DNA of 62,939 nucleotides, the filler included, from Choristocarpus tenellus KU-1152 (Eukaryota; Protista; Phaeophyceae), in the NCBI GenBank assembly GCA_964200185.2. It is 9 parts of 9 records of this genome, joined end to end, with 100 filler letters (N's around TTAATTAATTAA, not from the genome) between each part and the next. Parts side by side here need not be neighbours in the genome. Positions count along the whole stretch, not along the records: positions 50,641 to 59,678 come from CAXNAD020004057.1; positions 59,779 to 62,939 come from CAXNAD020021868.1; 7 more parts are not named here. The stretch is one strand, 5' to 3'. The position numbers and the translations under genes are program-made. Positions 51,694-62,939 of the stretch are shown in pieces; positions within the stretch are counted from its first letter, which is position 1; the number at the start of each line of letters is the position of its first letter. The notes below the pieces were generated by a model that worked only from the letters and a program-made list of their open reading frames with translations, did no database searches and was not told where the DNA came from.

Positions 51694-51941
51694 GAGTGGA
51701 AGTATCTTAGAGGGTAGGATTTTTGCCCTGTTTGTCCATTTGGGGCTTGTATTCACACGGGTTTTAAATGACATTTTCCCTACTCCGAAAGGTTTTGAAG
51801 TAGGAAAATGTATATATTATGAAAAGGTGTGTCTGGAACAAGGACAATGACACCTCCTAACGATCATGATAGCCAAAATTCCATCAAACTTTCAACATTG
51901 GATTTTGGCCGCCGGCTCTACCCTCTAAGACACTTTGACTC
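51694..51941. mobile_element. MITE family A copy
   Basis: TIRs gagtggaagtatcttagagggta / taccctctaagacactttgactc; flanks AGGC/AGGG. Confidence 0.9.
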
Positions 51942-52250
51942 AGGGGTTAGGGGATAATGATTTCGAGACACAGCACACTGCAACTAAGAAAAGGCAGAAT
52001 GAAGTCTGCCAAAATCCTTCAGAATTGACCAGGGGGCTTTTGACGCAGCGGTGGATTGTTGGATTGATGGGCAAGATGAGGAAAGCGACGAAGGATGAAT
52101 TTCAAGTAACAACTATCAAGGAATCCAACATAAAAAATCGCTTTTTAATTGTAGGTCATCTCGAGACGTTACACCCTTAATATCGCAGACTTATGGGCCA
52201 GAGGGAGTAGGTATCACTGATCACTTCAGCAAGAAGTTCAATGAAGCTAA

Positions 52251-52507
52251 GAGCCAAAGTATTTAAGAGGGTAGGAGTCTTGCCCTGTTTGTCCGTTCGG
52301 GGCTTGGCTTCCGACGGGTGTTTTGGCCAATTTCGGTTTTCTGTGTGAACACAGTTACCTAAAATGTATACAACTATGAAAGGTGTGTCCAGAGCAAGGG
52401 TATGGATGCTTGCTAACATACATGATAGACAAAATACTTCAAAATTGTAACGTTGGATTTATGGTCGCAAACGGACGCAGCCATACCCTCTTACATTTTT
52501 TTGAATC
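52251..52507. mobile_element. MITE family A copy (variant closest to 5405-5683)
   Basis: Left TIR gagccaaagtatttaagagggtag; degenerate right TIR; no TSD evident. Confidence 0.85.
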
Positions 52508-54099
52508 GTTTGCCCTAGATCTTGTGTTACCCACGTTTCATAATCTTTTCCATAGGTTATCACCTCGTTAGACATTCGTTGTATGTTATATTGCCAAAGT
52601 TATAGTCTATCGCATTATTGTGAAGAGATTGCACAACTGGTATAAGATCTCATTCAACGCTGTTCACGACGAGCCTTCTCTTGACATCTCGTGTTTACCA
52701 AGTCAACCGATCGTTTGGAAGTAGGCAATAGATACATATTGGTGGAAGTATAAACAACTTAACAATAGAACGTCGATTTATCTCTCAAGTCTCCTCGTTT
52801 TGCTTTGTTGGACACATGTGGTAGTGAAGAGACCATATCAACAGGCACAATTAGCACTCGAGTGTGCTAGAGATGGCTGTTCAATACATCACGTCTCGTT
52901 TTCCTGAAATGTATCTATTGATTATTGTTAAACGATCAGCCGCGGCAAAGACAAAGTTCACCACTGGTAAGTGATTAAGACTTTAGGTGAGTCACGTACG
53001 TTCTTCGTTGTTGACCCCTGACATGTCATAATGAACGCGGTCTCGTATTGAGAATTGAGCCACCTTCATCATCCGTTGTAGTGTCCACTTGGAAAAGTGT
53101 AGTTGTTGTAAACAATTTTTCCAATCATATCAGAAAGGGAAGGAATAGTGTGCACAATTATTCTACTGATCTTGTCTGCTCTATTGATGTTGATCGCGTT
53201 AATGGGCTTGTGTTATTCTAAAATCAGATTGTTGATCAAAACCATCACTTAACACTCATTAATAATTGCCACACCACTAACGCTAGTCAACAGTGCTGAT
53301 ATCATAAAGCATTTACTCCTTGTATCCCCATTCTTGAGAATCCTCTATCTATACAAGATACAAGTGACCAATATGCTGGCACCATATACCTCTCGACTTG
53401 CATTCAACCAGACGGCATTGCTGGCACCTTGCCCTCAGACCTTGGCTACGGGCTTGATAATGCGATGCGGACCACATCTCATCAATCTCACTCATATTTT
53501 GATTGACCTGTATCCTGACCCCATACACTTCAGACCTGGTAACGCTTGACTGGTGTGCTGGCCACATACCATCAACCTTTGACCAATGACATCCTGATAA
53601 GATATTCCATAATGCCATATTCATATGCTAGACAACACTTTACATCAATGAGGTCGTGCAACTTAATGATGCAATAATATACTAACAGTCACACCTGCTT
53701 CTCATTTCGCTCTCATAGGTCACTTTTTCGTTGACACCGAATCATGTTTACTTACCTCGAACGCCCATCACAAGGCGGAATTATTGTGCAGATTTAGACT
53801 ACTATTTCTGTCAGTCAGTATGGAAGAAAAGAGAAGAAAGAGGTGGGACCCTTACGCGATTCCCCCTTGCTGAACATAAAGAGGTGGTTGAAAAGAGAAG
53901 AGTGGTATTATTATAGATGGTGGAGTTTGGTTTAGCACTTGATGCTTCCAGACGGAATCACTAATACTAAACACTTACAACGATTCTAGAATACTCCATC
54001 GAGATATAGAAATATAATATCTCGAACATGTCGGCATCGAAACCCAAAATTGATTCTCTATAAGTATGCCACTAAGATATGAAACTGTAAATCATATTG

Positions 54100-54930
54100 T
54101 ATTCTGCATCGTTAAAAGGTGAAGTGAGACACCTGAGGTCCTGTCATAAAGAACTTGCTTGTATTTGCCATTAACTCTATGCCTTATTATCCCTCCAACT
54201 GATCTCAGCACTAATAGTGGCATCGTCACTAATGGTTCCCCCAAGCTAAACAAATTTATAATTGTTATCAGGAGAGTGAAGACACACAAATCTCTATCTT
54301 TCATGCCAATATTGGCAGACCGGGCCACCTTTACAACTAATGTTATCTTGTTGGCTGAACCTTCTTGGGTATTGGAGATAATGCCCGCATTATCTGTGTA
54401 AGGCATACCCCACAAAAAAAAACACTCAAGCGCTATCCCACTCCCCGGTGTTCCTCCTCTGATCAGGTTGTTTGTGGTCATTCTCTGAACGACAACAAGG
54501 TTCTTGGAGATGGCCAAGTTAATGACAAACTCCTTATTAACTGCAACAGTTAGCACTGCATGCAGTGAAGATGTTGAAGAGGATCAGAGCAACAAAACGC
54601 CACTGTTGAAGGCCCTGTCCAACCTCCAACCAGTCTGTACACTCGCTACCATTCACGCAGCAAATACATGCCCACATATTGTCATGGATTTTGCGGATAA
54701 AGAAAGATCATCTTCAGAGGTATGACAATTTGGTCATCCCAACCCACAAGATATCATAGTCAATAGAGTGACGTAAGTAAATAAATAAATATATGAAGAG
54801 GGGCACATACTTTTCTTAGACAAGCTCTTGCAGGGGACGTAAAGTGTACATCATGTCCACTGTGTGTGGAGTGTCGGGGCCAGAAATCACACTGTTCCTC
54901 ATGAAAGATGTTCTCCCATTCCAATTAATC
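54100..54930 (-). mobile_element. Non-LTR retrotransposon (RTE-like LINE) reverse transcriptase remnant
   Basis: RT motifs in order across frameshifts: EEQCDFWP..VDMMYTLRPLQEL, IRKIHDNM, DWLEVGQGLQQ..ILFNIF, LWGMPYTDNAGIIS (YADD) and LYDR..SLHL. Confidence 0.85.
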
Positions 54931-56483
54931 CCCCAAACATAGTAGTACAACTTAGTGTTGCGAACCAAAAGAAATTCACACCACGATTAAATTAGACAAA
55001 ATTTCAATTAATATATATATTTTTTATTGTTGATGTTACTACTGTACTATAATTGAAAAGAAAATCCTCTAATTTATTCTAACTTCTCCACACTACCACC
55101 AACCTACCTTACTCCTTCACTCCTAATCAAATGGGAGTACACATTAGATTACTTCTTCTATCCTACAGACTATCCCTAATCGGATGACATTGTATCCCCC
55201 GTTCAGGTTCAACGTTCCCACTCGTCGCTCCACCTTCTCGATCGAATTTGATAGGTCTCCAACAATTTGATGGATATTCCACTCCCTCCTTCCCAATACA
55301 ATTACCATGTGGGTTGATAGAACCCAAATTTCTTGGGAAGGAAAATGATGAGCCTCCCCAACTACGCTTTGGATGCCATGAATCTTGTGATGGGATGCGA
55401 GTCGTTAGCTACATGATGTATGGAAAACCTTACTTGCACTGAATTCGATTGAACTACTACTACTACTATTGAGACAATTCACAACAGAAGTGACGTCAGC
55501 AACAATATACGGTAGTGTAATACGATTGGCAACACACATTATGGTCCCTCAACGTCGCCACTTTCACCTGAGGTCAGTCAGATCTGCTTGTGTTTGCAGG
55601 GCCAATCTCAGGTGAAAAGGCTTCTCTTAGATATGCTTAGTGAGCTATCGGAGAAATTTGTTGTCCTTTGCAGTATTAGGAGCAAGTGTGTAAGACGGAA
55701 TATTCACAAATGGTGCACATGCTTGATGCTGGGGCACCCTCCTTCTCCCCTGGATTCTCTTCAAACTCGGGTTCTCCCTCTGCCATGCATGTAAGAGGAT
55801 TAATCTTGAAACCTTCCATGATCTTTATGTAGAGATACATCTCTTTAGGTCGCGTCCAACCTCAACATTGTGGACCACCACCCGTATCTCGGTGTCACCT
55901 TTGAGATGCTGTGTACTGTGGTACCTCTTGCCATAGTTCACTCGTATCATATTTACTGATATTTACACTTGGCAGCCAGTAGCTATTGCACAGTCTTGTT
56001 GCAATGCTTTGATAGGAAAGATCTCGATGCAGTCATTTTATCGAAGTTGCTTGAACCTTTTGGGACCCTTTTTTGAGTACTTTTTTTGAGTTCATATCTG
56101 AGCAATCATATATCTACATTGCTCACTCCTTCCTTCCTTCCAAATCCCTTCCCCCTTGCAATGTTTATTTTCTTGCGATAAGAATCCATGGATTGGAATT
56201 GCTGCAGTAGTTGAAGAGGACTCCTTTAGGGAGAAGTCCTGTGCGAAGCTTCCCTCTCTCGAACTAGTTTGACCTTTTCAACATCGTATACTGACCTGCC
56301 GTAGTCCTTCAATTTACCGTTCACAAAAGTATCAACCTGGTATATGTAGAATCTGAGGGACCGCAGGTGCTTCTCTTGCGACGCTACAGCGTTGTTAAGT
56401 GCCCAACTTCCATACACCTGCGTGTTGTGTTTTTTGTCGTGAAAGACACCACTACTATTAGCTCAACTCTGCCTCAACTTTAG

Positions 56484-58824
56484 CCCCATGCATCTCCACC
56501 CAACCCTCCGCTCCTCCTCCCGACGATTATTTTCCAACCGCGTTGACATTACTCAAGCTGGCCCAGCGGCAACGCCTCTCATCGCAGACACCAGTCAGGG
56601 TCGTGACTGCACCAGCATCCCAACATGCTTCATCAGGTGGAGGCCGCGGTGGTTCCGCAGACAGAAGGCAAAGGAGGGCAAGTGGAAGAGGAGCCAAGTA
56701 CAGCCAGGGGAAGGGGCAACGAAAGGCTGCAGGAGACACAGCTAGTGGACAGGCTTCTGTGTCAAGGACAAGGATACACAACGAGGTGGAGAGGGTTGGG
56801 GGCGGTGGTGAAGGTGGAGGTGACCCTGGAGGTATGGATAAGGTTGTGCTGGGAGGGGCAAGGGATAGCTTGGTGTCGCCACCAACAGGGGAAATGACCA
56901 ACCAGGGTAAGCAGGGCAAGGGAAAGAAAAAGAGCAGCGGAGGTGGGAATGCTAACCACCTACTCAACTTCCAATTTGAGCCGCTGGCGGGGCAGTCTGG
57001 GGGGGGAGGACAGAGAGGATCTTCCTCTGTTGGGGGGGTAGGGAGTCATCGACGTGGGAGTGGGAAAGGGGGGGGAGGACGGGCAGGGGGTGGTTGGCGG
57101 GGTGGTGGTTCTGGGCGTGCTTCTATGAGTAAGGAACAGTTTCTCCAGGTTGGTGTACAGTGAAGAGATACAAATATAGATATATTTCTACTTGTTGATA
57201 TGCTGTTAGGGGAACTAATAGCAAGGAGCAAGAAAAAAATTGAACTTGTATTGAATGTGGTGTGTATCATGTTCATGTCAGACCACCCATGGGTACTGAT
57301 GAGCACTTGAATTAATTTTCCATTTCTTTTGTCACAACAGAGTATTAGGGTATTATTGGGTGGGCAGGGGGTGAGCAGGGGGCACTTCGTGTGGAGAAAA
57401 TAAGATGCTTGTGTTGTATGTGCAGTTGGATAATGAGACTGAGAGACACTACTGCTGCACCAATGTCTCCTGCTTAGCGTGCTATCCTTTGATCCCTTTT
57501 TTGTGTTTCCATTTCTCAAACAGTTTGAAGTGAGAGTTGAAACTATCTCCCAAACTAACAGTTGCCCACATATTTCTGTCATAGCTCACATGTAGTAACT
57601 AATATATATTTTTAATTCCCATGCCAGCCTTCCAGTAGGTTTTCAGCCCTTCCCCTCCCCCCCCCCCCCCCCTATGACGATCATCCCATGTTATGGAGTC
57701 ATCCATTTGCTAGTTGTAAATCGTACATAGTTTGTACAGTGAATAGTAATGACCTCGAGGGTGACAGAAAATCAAGTGCATACAGAGCAGCAGCCTCTCA
57801 TCCTGGTAATTTCTTGGTGTGATCCTGTTGCTATTCTTTTCCCTCCCTTTACCCTTGCCCTAACCCTAACCCTAACCTTACTCTTGATGCCCATTCATGC
57901 CCCTGCTGTCGATGTGTACCACCAGGCCAACTTTCACTTCCTCCTTCATGGCAAGCCTGGACACCTGATTGGCCTGCAGGAATCATTCTTCAACCCAGAC
58001 ATTTTGGTGGATTGGGATACCATTGATACTGTGCTCCTAATGCGAATTTACTCCAACACCCCTGTCGGCATCTATAGTAGCAACTCCTCAAGCCGCCCGA
58101 TTCCTTTCTCCATGAAACAGGGAGGTGGGTGAAGCCAAATATTTATACATTTAATACTTCAATACAGTAGTGTTATTATTTTTTCATTTAGTCGTGCATA
58201 AAACAGGATAGATGGAGCAGGGCACATGATAAGAAATGAACAGCGTCCCACTTGCACCAATGGAAATACCTTATATTTTGTTGCATTGAGCCAATGGGAT
58301 GGCTTCTTCTGCATTGAGCAATTTTTTTCCTTCAATGATTTTTGTGACCTACAGCAGTAGCATACTTTTTGGCTGTTGGCATCACTCAGGTGTTCCCACC
58401 ACAGAAGGAAATACGACACTTGAACACAATATGCCTGTAACAGAGTCCTCAAGCGAACCAGAGAGGATCCCCCACACCTTGGACCTTCAGAGTGGTGTTG
58501 CTATGGTTCAGCTAAGGAGTACCAGGGCAGGGCAAAGGGGAGCAAATGAAGAAAAAAAAGAAGAGGGTCAATCGGTCACGGGAGAGGAGTTGGGAAACAA
58601 CGGGGCAGAAGGTGGCACTGTAGCCCATGCAAGGTTGGGGCAGAACCAAAGGGGGGGGGGGATGGGAGTGATGAGAGCTGGCGATGCCCTATTTGCCTGG
58701 AGGTTCCGGTAGTACCAAAAATCACCAAGTGTGGCCATGGTCCTTTTTGTCTGGTGTGTATCCTGAGGCATCTGGATGGGCAGGATTCTAGGCGATGCCC
58801 GCTCTGCTTTGAAAACATGTACAG
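56484..58824 (+). CDS. RNF10: RING finger protein 10 / Mag2-like E3 ubiquitin ligase, partial
   Basis: Exons about 56484-57148 (start uncertain; first in-frame ATG at 56834), 57926-58124 and 58390-58824. Motifs NANHLLNFQFEP, SKEQFLQ|ANFHF, NPDILVDWD and the C3HC4 RING CPICLEVPVVPKITKCGHGPFCLVCILRHL..RRCPLC. The RING is in the -1 frame relative to the start of its exon. I found no downstream exons before the contig end. Confidence 0.9.
57849..57880. repeat. Interstitial telomere-like (CCCTAA)n in RNF10 intron
   Basis: ttacccttgccctaaccctaaccctaacctta. Confidence 0.75.
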
Positions 58825-59658
58825 GTGAAAAATTGGGCTTGAGCTTGATGGAGTTAGAAGGGCTTTCAGGGGGGAGGGAAGGAAAGTATTGAGGGCATCA
58901 AAAAGTAGATGAGGGTAAGTTATGGTTTATGTAGTAGTGGAGGGGAAAATAAGTTGGGTTGGAATTAGGTTTATTATTATTTTGTGGAATTGCTGTGGTA
59001 GATCCATTTATGTAGTGTTCAGTGACCGAGGTGATGGTTCGTGCCTTGAAAGATCCAACTGGTCTGTGTGCAGCATTTGAGGTGTGGTATTATTGACACT
59101 GTATGTGTGATTAGAGTGGAAGGACCTTAGGATTAGGGTTAGGTTTGTCCTTTCCTCCCCCTCTCTCGAAATTTGGCATTTGCTCTGAATGTAAGTTGTG
59201 CGCTGGGCAGTCTGTTATGTGTCCAAGGGTGATGATTACATCGGTCTGTTTTTATGGCCCTTGACTTGTCTGCATGTTCTGTTTTGACTTTTGCAATGCC
59301 TTGCAAGCGACTTTGTTGGTTGGTTCTAAATGCTTGGGTTTATTCACAAAAGGCTTGTGATACAGTACTCCCAACAGCATGGTTGATGATGATAACCATG
59401 ACATCTGACTCCCTGTTGGAAATAGTGTATGTGGTACAGGTATATGTGAAAATAGAATTCAGATTGATTTTACTGTGGTTAGGTTTGATTTGGAATAATC
59501 GGAAGTATGTGTGCTGTCGGGGTTGCAAATCACCTCCTGGGGGGGGGTTGAAGAAGGCAAAAGAAACAGTTTCATTTTAACATGCAATAAGTATCTTCTA
59601 TTGATTATGTATGTTGTTGTGCATGCCTGGCAAGGTGTGCTGTGGTTTCCAGCAACAT

Positions 59659-59678
59659 GGGTCAAAGTATCTGGGGGG
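59659..59678. mobile_element. MITE family B left end at the contig break
   Basis: gggtcaaagtatctgggggg directly abuts the linker. Confidence 0.78.
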
Positions 59679-59778
59679 NNNNNNNNNNNNNNNNNNNNNN
59701 NNNNNNNNNNNNNNNNNNNNNNTTAATTAATTAANNNNNNNNNNNNNNNNNNNNNNNNNNNNNNNNNNNNNNNNNNNN
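59679..59778. other. Artificial contig linker
   Basis: N44-TTAATTAATTAA-N44. Confidence 0.98.
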
Positions 59779-60471
59779 GGGGGGGGGAGGTCTGGTGTCT
59801 GATGCTCTTGTCTTTGCCTATTTCCGAAATGTACTTGGTTGATCATGGAAGGATTTTATCCTGTTCTTTGAATAGTTTTTTTTTTATCCATCTTTTTTTT
59901 CTCGAAGAATTTCCTAAAGCTCGAAGGAAGATGCATCAGACGATAATATTTTATTTTTGTTTTAGATATACGGATTGTCTCTGCGCTGTTCTCACACTTG
60001 CCGTTGACAGCCGTCTGTTCGCAGTGTTCACCTCTCTCCTCCCCCACCGCCTCCCTCTCTTGCTCTTCATATGGCATTGGTTTGACCCCTTGATTGTCTC
60101 CCCGACCCAGGTCAACGGTGTGCTTCTGCATGAGCCTGGTCTTCGATCACTGAATGATATCCAATAAATGGTTACCCTATAATGTCTTAGTTCTTATTTT
60201 TTTCTGTTTCCTGCATTTTATCTCCTGTTTTGCAATGCGTACTGCTCTCGACCTGTACCTCTTACTGGCATCCATTTCTCCACAATTTGTATCTTATTCT
60301 GACCCGGGTCTCTCTTCTCGCCACCACTGAGCTACCTTGCTGTATAGTATATAGTATGGTTTTGTTACAGAAATCTGCGGCCCCTCCCATCAGTGTAAAT
60401 CCCTGTCAGACACTCCCCCCCCCTCTCCCCTTCACCTATCTGTTCAATAGTAACCATTTTATTCCGACCAT

Positions 60472-60717
60472 CTGCCAAAGTATTTTAGAGGGTAGGGCTG
60501 CGTCCATTTGGCGGTCCAAATTCGATGTTGCAATTTTGATGTAATTTTGGCTATCGTGTTTGTTATCAAGAGTCAGCATCCTTGTTCCGGAGACACCTTT
60601 TCATAAAAATATATGTTGGAGTAGGAAAATGACATAAACCCCCCCCCTGAGGGAAGCCAAGCCCCAAATGGACAAACAGGGCAAAACTGGTACCCTAACC
60701 CTAAGATGCTTTCACTC
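60472..60717. mobile_element. MITE family A copy (reverse orientation, probably intronic)
   Basis: Reverse complement of the family A body; flanks CCAT/CCGT. Confidence 0.88.
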
Positions 60718-60823
60718 CCGTCAGTGACTCTCACACCTAGAGCAATTTTCAAAGGGAGTCTCAGAGTCAAATATACATTTTTATTTTTTGTTGTTGTGTT
60801 GGTATCCCACACGTGTGGCGCAG

Positions 60824-61523
60824 GTCAAGTCAGCAGAGGCAGAGGCAGAGTCCAAGTACCTGAGCGGTGTGGGTGTTTCTAGACAGAGGAAGGCGATTGT
60901 TGATGGACTGCGAGAGTCTGTGAAGGACTTCTCAACCCAGATCGAAGGCGAGTTGCCTTGTTTTTTTTAAATTTAATTTGAATGAATGTGCTCAAGGATA
61001 ACACTTGGTGCAATAATGGCATGCGTGCATGTTGATGTAATTTTCAACCAATCAAAAGCACCAAAGAGCTAGTTGTCGAGAGTATTGTTAAGTGACAGAA
61101 GATAAGATTGCAGTAGTCTTTTTTGGATCACTTTTTCCCCACACAGGATAACGCCTTCTGAAGGAGAAAACTTGTTGCATACCAATCGGGCGCTGAAATT
61201 TTTCACGGCCTGCCAGTCCCCGTACACCTGGTGCAACACCCTCGAGTCATCCCAACTCAACACCCAGCCCCCCCACAAGCATGTCTTATTATGTTTACAG
61301 TTCCAAGACTACTCATGGAGCATATAGAGTGCTTTGCTTTGCTTTACTTTTCTTTACTTTACTTTACTTCACTTTACTTTCCATTATGAAGTACTGCATG
61401 CAAGCAAGTTGTGGTCATTCTGCACTGACTCTATTTCCCACCGCCTTGACCCAATACTGCTGCTACTGTGATCCAACAGGCACTTCACCCAAAGATGTGA
61501 TGGACCTCCTACTACTAACGCAG
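60824..61523 (+). CDS. SPFH/band 7 hypersensitive-induced-response (HIR)-like protein, two internal exons
   Basis: Exons 60824-60947 ([41 protein letters not shown]) and 61480-61523 ([15 protein letters not shown]) give contiguous HIR-family C-terminal motifs. They are joined by a GC-AG intron. Confidence 0.9.
61331..61380. repeat. (CTTTA/CTTTG)n pentamer microsatellite
   Basis: gctttgctttgctttacttttctttactttactttacttcactttacttt. Confidence 0.8.
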
Positions 61524-62684
61524 GTGATGTTGTCATGTCATGTCCTAATCTATCTTCCTTAAGTAGAAAAATCGAAATAATATATATATATATACATTTT
61601 TTTTTTTTGGGGGGGGTGGGGGATAACCGACTGTAGCTACTGTCTGTTTTTGGAAATGCGGCGAAGGCAAGTATTGCAAGATGTATTTTTCTTGTACTGC
61701 TCCCACCTTGTTCATACATATCGTGGTGTAAATTCAAATTGGCAAGTGTGATGAGGAGGGTGGGGGTGGAGATTGTTTAGCCAAGTAGGAAGGCAGAATA
61801 ATTGTTCAATAGTTTGAAACGTACGTCATTTCCAGGGACATTGTACAGCAGTTCTACGATATTGAAGCTCACCTAACCATAAGAACTCATGGAAGGAAGA
61901 ATCTGAAGTTTTAGTGTAACCGAGGTAAATCTGTTTCAGAACTGTTTTATGGCATGTTATCTACTTTGATAACTCTCTCTTCCTTTGTGTAGAGTAGGTA
62001 AAACTATTATTGGCATCTGAGCTCTGAGTGAGCTCATTCTTCCATCCAGTACACTGTAGACTTTGCCAATCTTGGCACCATCCTATTGAATGTAATGTGT
62101 GTGTGTGTGTTCGTGTGTGTCCTTGATAACATGGTTACTAATGAAGGTTGCTGCATTGAGTTTTTTTTTGTATCTCTGGTATGGTCGGGTTGTTGTATTG
62201 CATCTCCCCTCACCTGACATATCTCCTTCCCAAACAACCACCTTAGTTTATTTTAGAGTGGCCCTTGGATGGTTTATGTACTCAATTGCTTGTACCCCTA
62301 ACCATAGAGGAAGTATACTGTATGTGTAGTAAGCCTTAGCAGTGTTGAGGATTCACATCGTGCTCTTGCGCTGGTAAGTAATTACTTGAGCTATCCTTCC
62401 CTCTTGCTTGGATGTGGTCTTGTGTGCTACCCCAAGTATTGTTTCAGCAAGTGCATAATGGAAGTAGTTGACCAGCTATGTACTTATTTATAGAGAGATG
62501 TGTGCAGCATTCCATGCTATTTTGCACTTGCATGCATCAACAGTGGTGATACTGTAGACCATTCCCTCCATCCCCTCCCCCCCAACCTGCCTCCTCACCT
62601 TCCATTTTTTCAAGCCCATTCTCCAGGCTGGAATGTAAATATGAACCCATACATGGGTCAGACCGGTTCCATAATCATGTGATA

Positions 62685-62939
62685 TATCCTGGTCCATGTC
62701 TTCTGGCCGGACTGTATCTAACATGTCTAGACCAGGTGCACTAGGTAATGTACTGGTCCATGTCCACCGACTGAACCAGATACGATGTGTTAAGACCATG
62801 TGCAGTAGGAATTGTACTGGTCCATGTCCACCGACTGAACCAGATACGATGTGTTAAGACCATGTGCAGTAGGAATTGTACTGGTCCATGTCCACCGACT
62901 GAACCAGATACGATGTGTTAAGACCATGTGCAGTAGGAA
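62685..62939. repeat. 64-bp minisatellite: three identical units plus one diverged upstream unit, running off the window
   Basis: The unit tgtactggtccatgtccaccgactgaaccagatacgatgtgttaagaccatgtgcagtaggaat starts at 62749, 62813 and 62877. Confidence 0.95.

Noticed and set aside
56226-56417. 63-aa minus ORF behind an acceptor-like acacgcag, as a divergent partner gene of RNF10
   Set aside because: No ATG-bearing upstream exon is possible without overlapping RNF10, and I recognise no homology.
28393-61523. Apparent ribosome/RNA-metabolism cluster of RPL15, TAF1C-like, RNase H and RNF10
   Set aside because: Only RPL15 and the TAF1C-like gene share a contig; the others are joined by artificial linkers.
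62749-62939. CRISPR-like array
   Set aside because: The units are fully identical with no unique spacers, there are no cas genes, and the context is eukaryotic.

Overview
This is eukaryotic, intron-rich, transposon-littered DNA. It is probably a stramenopile or brown alga, an inference from the RPL15 sequence style, the gene structure and the element families. The window is not one locus. It is nine contigs joined by eight artificial 100-bp linkers (N44-TTAATTAATTAA-N44), so gene neighbourhood is meaningful only within a contig. The contigs are 1-8788, 8889-14740, 14841-20379, 20480-25359, 25460-35989, 36090-43574, 43675-50540, 50641-59678 and 59779-62939. Host genes assembled by hand with phase-consistent splice sites: (1) a complete 4-exon RPL15 (205 aa, first intron GC-AG); (2) a divergently transcribed partial TAF1C/Rrn6-like Pol I factor, 359 bp from it; (3) a 5'-truncated RNase HI-like gene with a long C-terminal extension that may be a second, inactive RNase H fold; (4) a partial RNF10/Mag2 RING E3 ligase with an apparent frameshift at a homopolymer; (5) two exons of an SPFH/HIR protein joined by a second GC-AG intron; and (6) two orphan terminal exons. 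The rest is mostly decayed mobile DNA: five plant-type mariner copies with DD37D spacing, two MITE families that share a terminal motif and mostly show 4-bp TSDs (Sola2-like), Copia and RTE-LINE remnants, a foldback element and minisatellites. I recognised no rRNA, tRNA or CRISPR array. I found no clear-cut new multi-gene system. The best leads are the RPL15/TAF1C-like head-to-head pair, the possible double-domain RNase H and the MITE/mariner families. All family assignments come from motif recall, not database searches.
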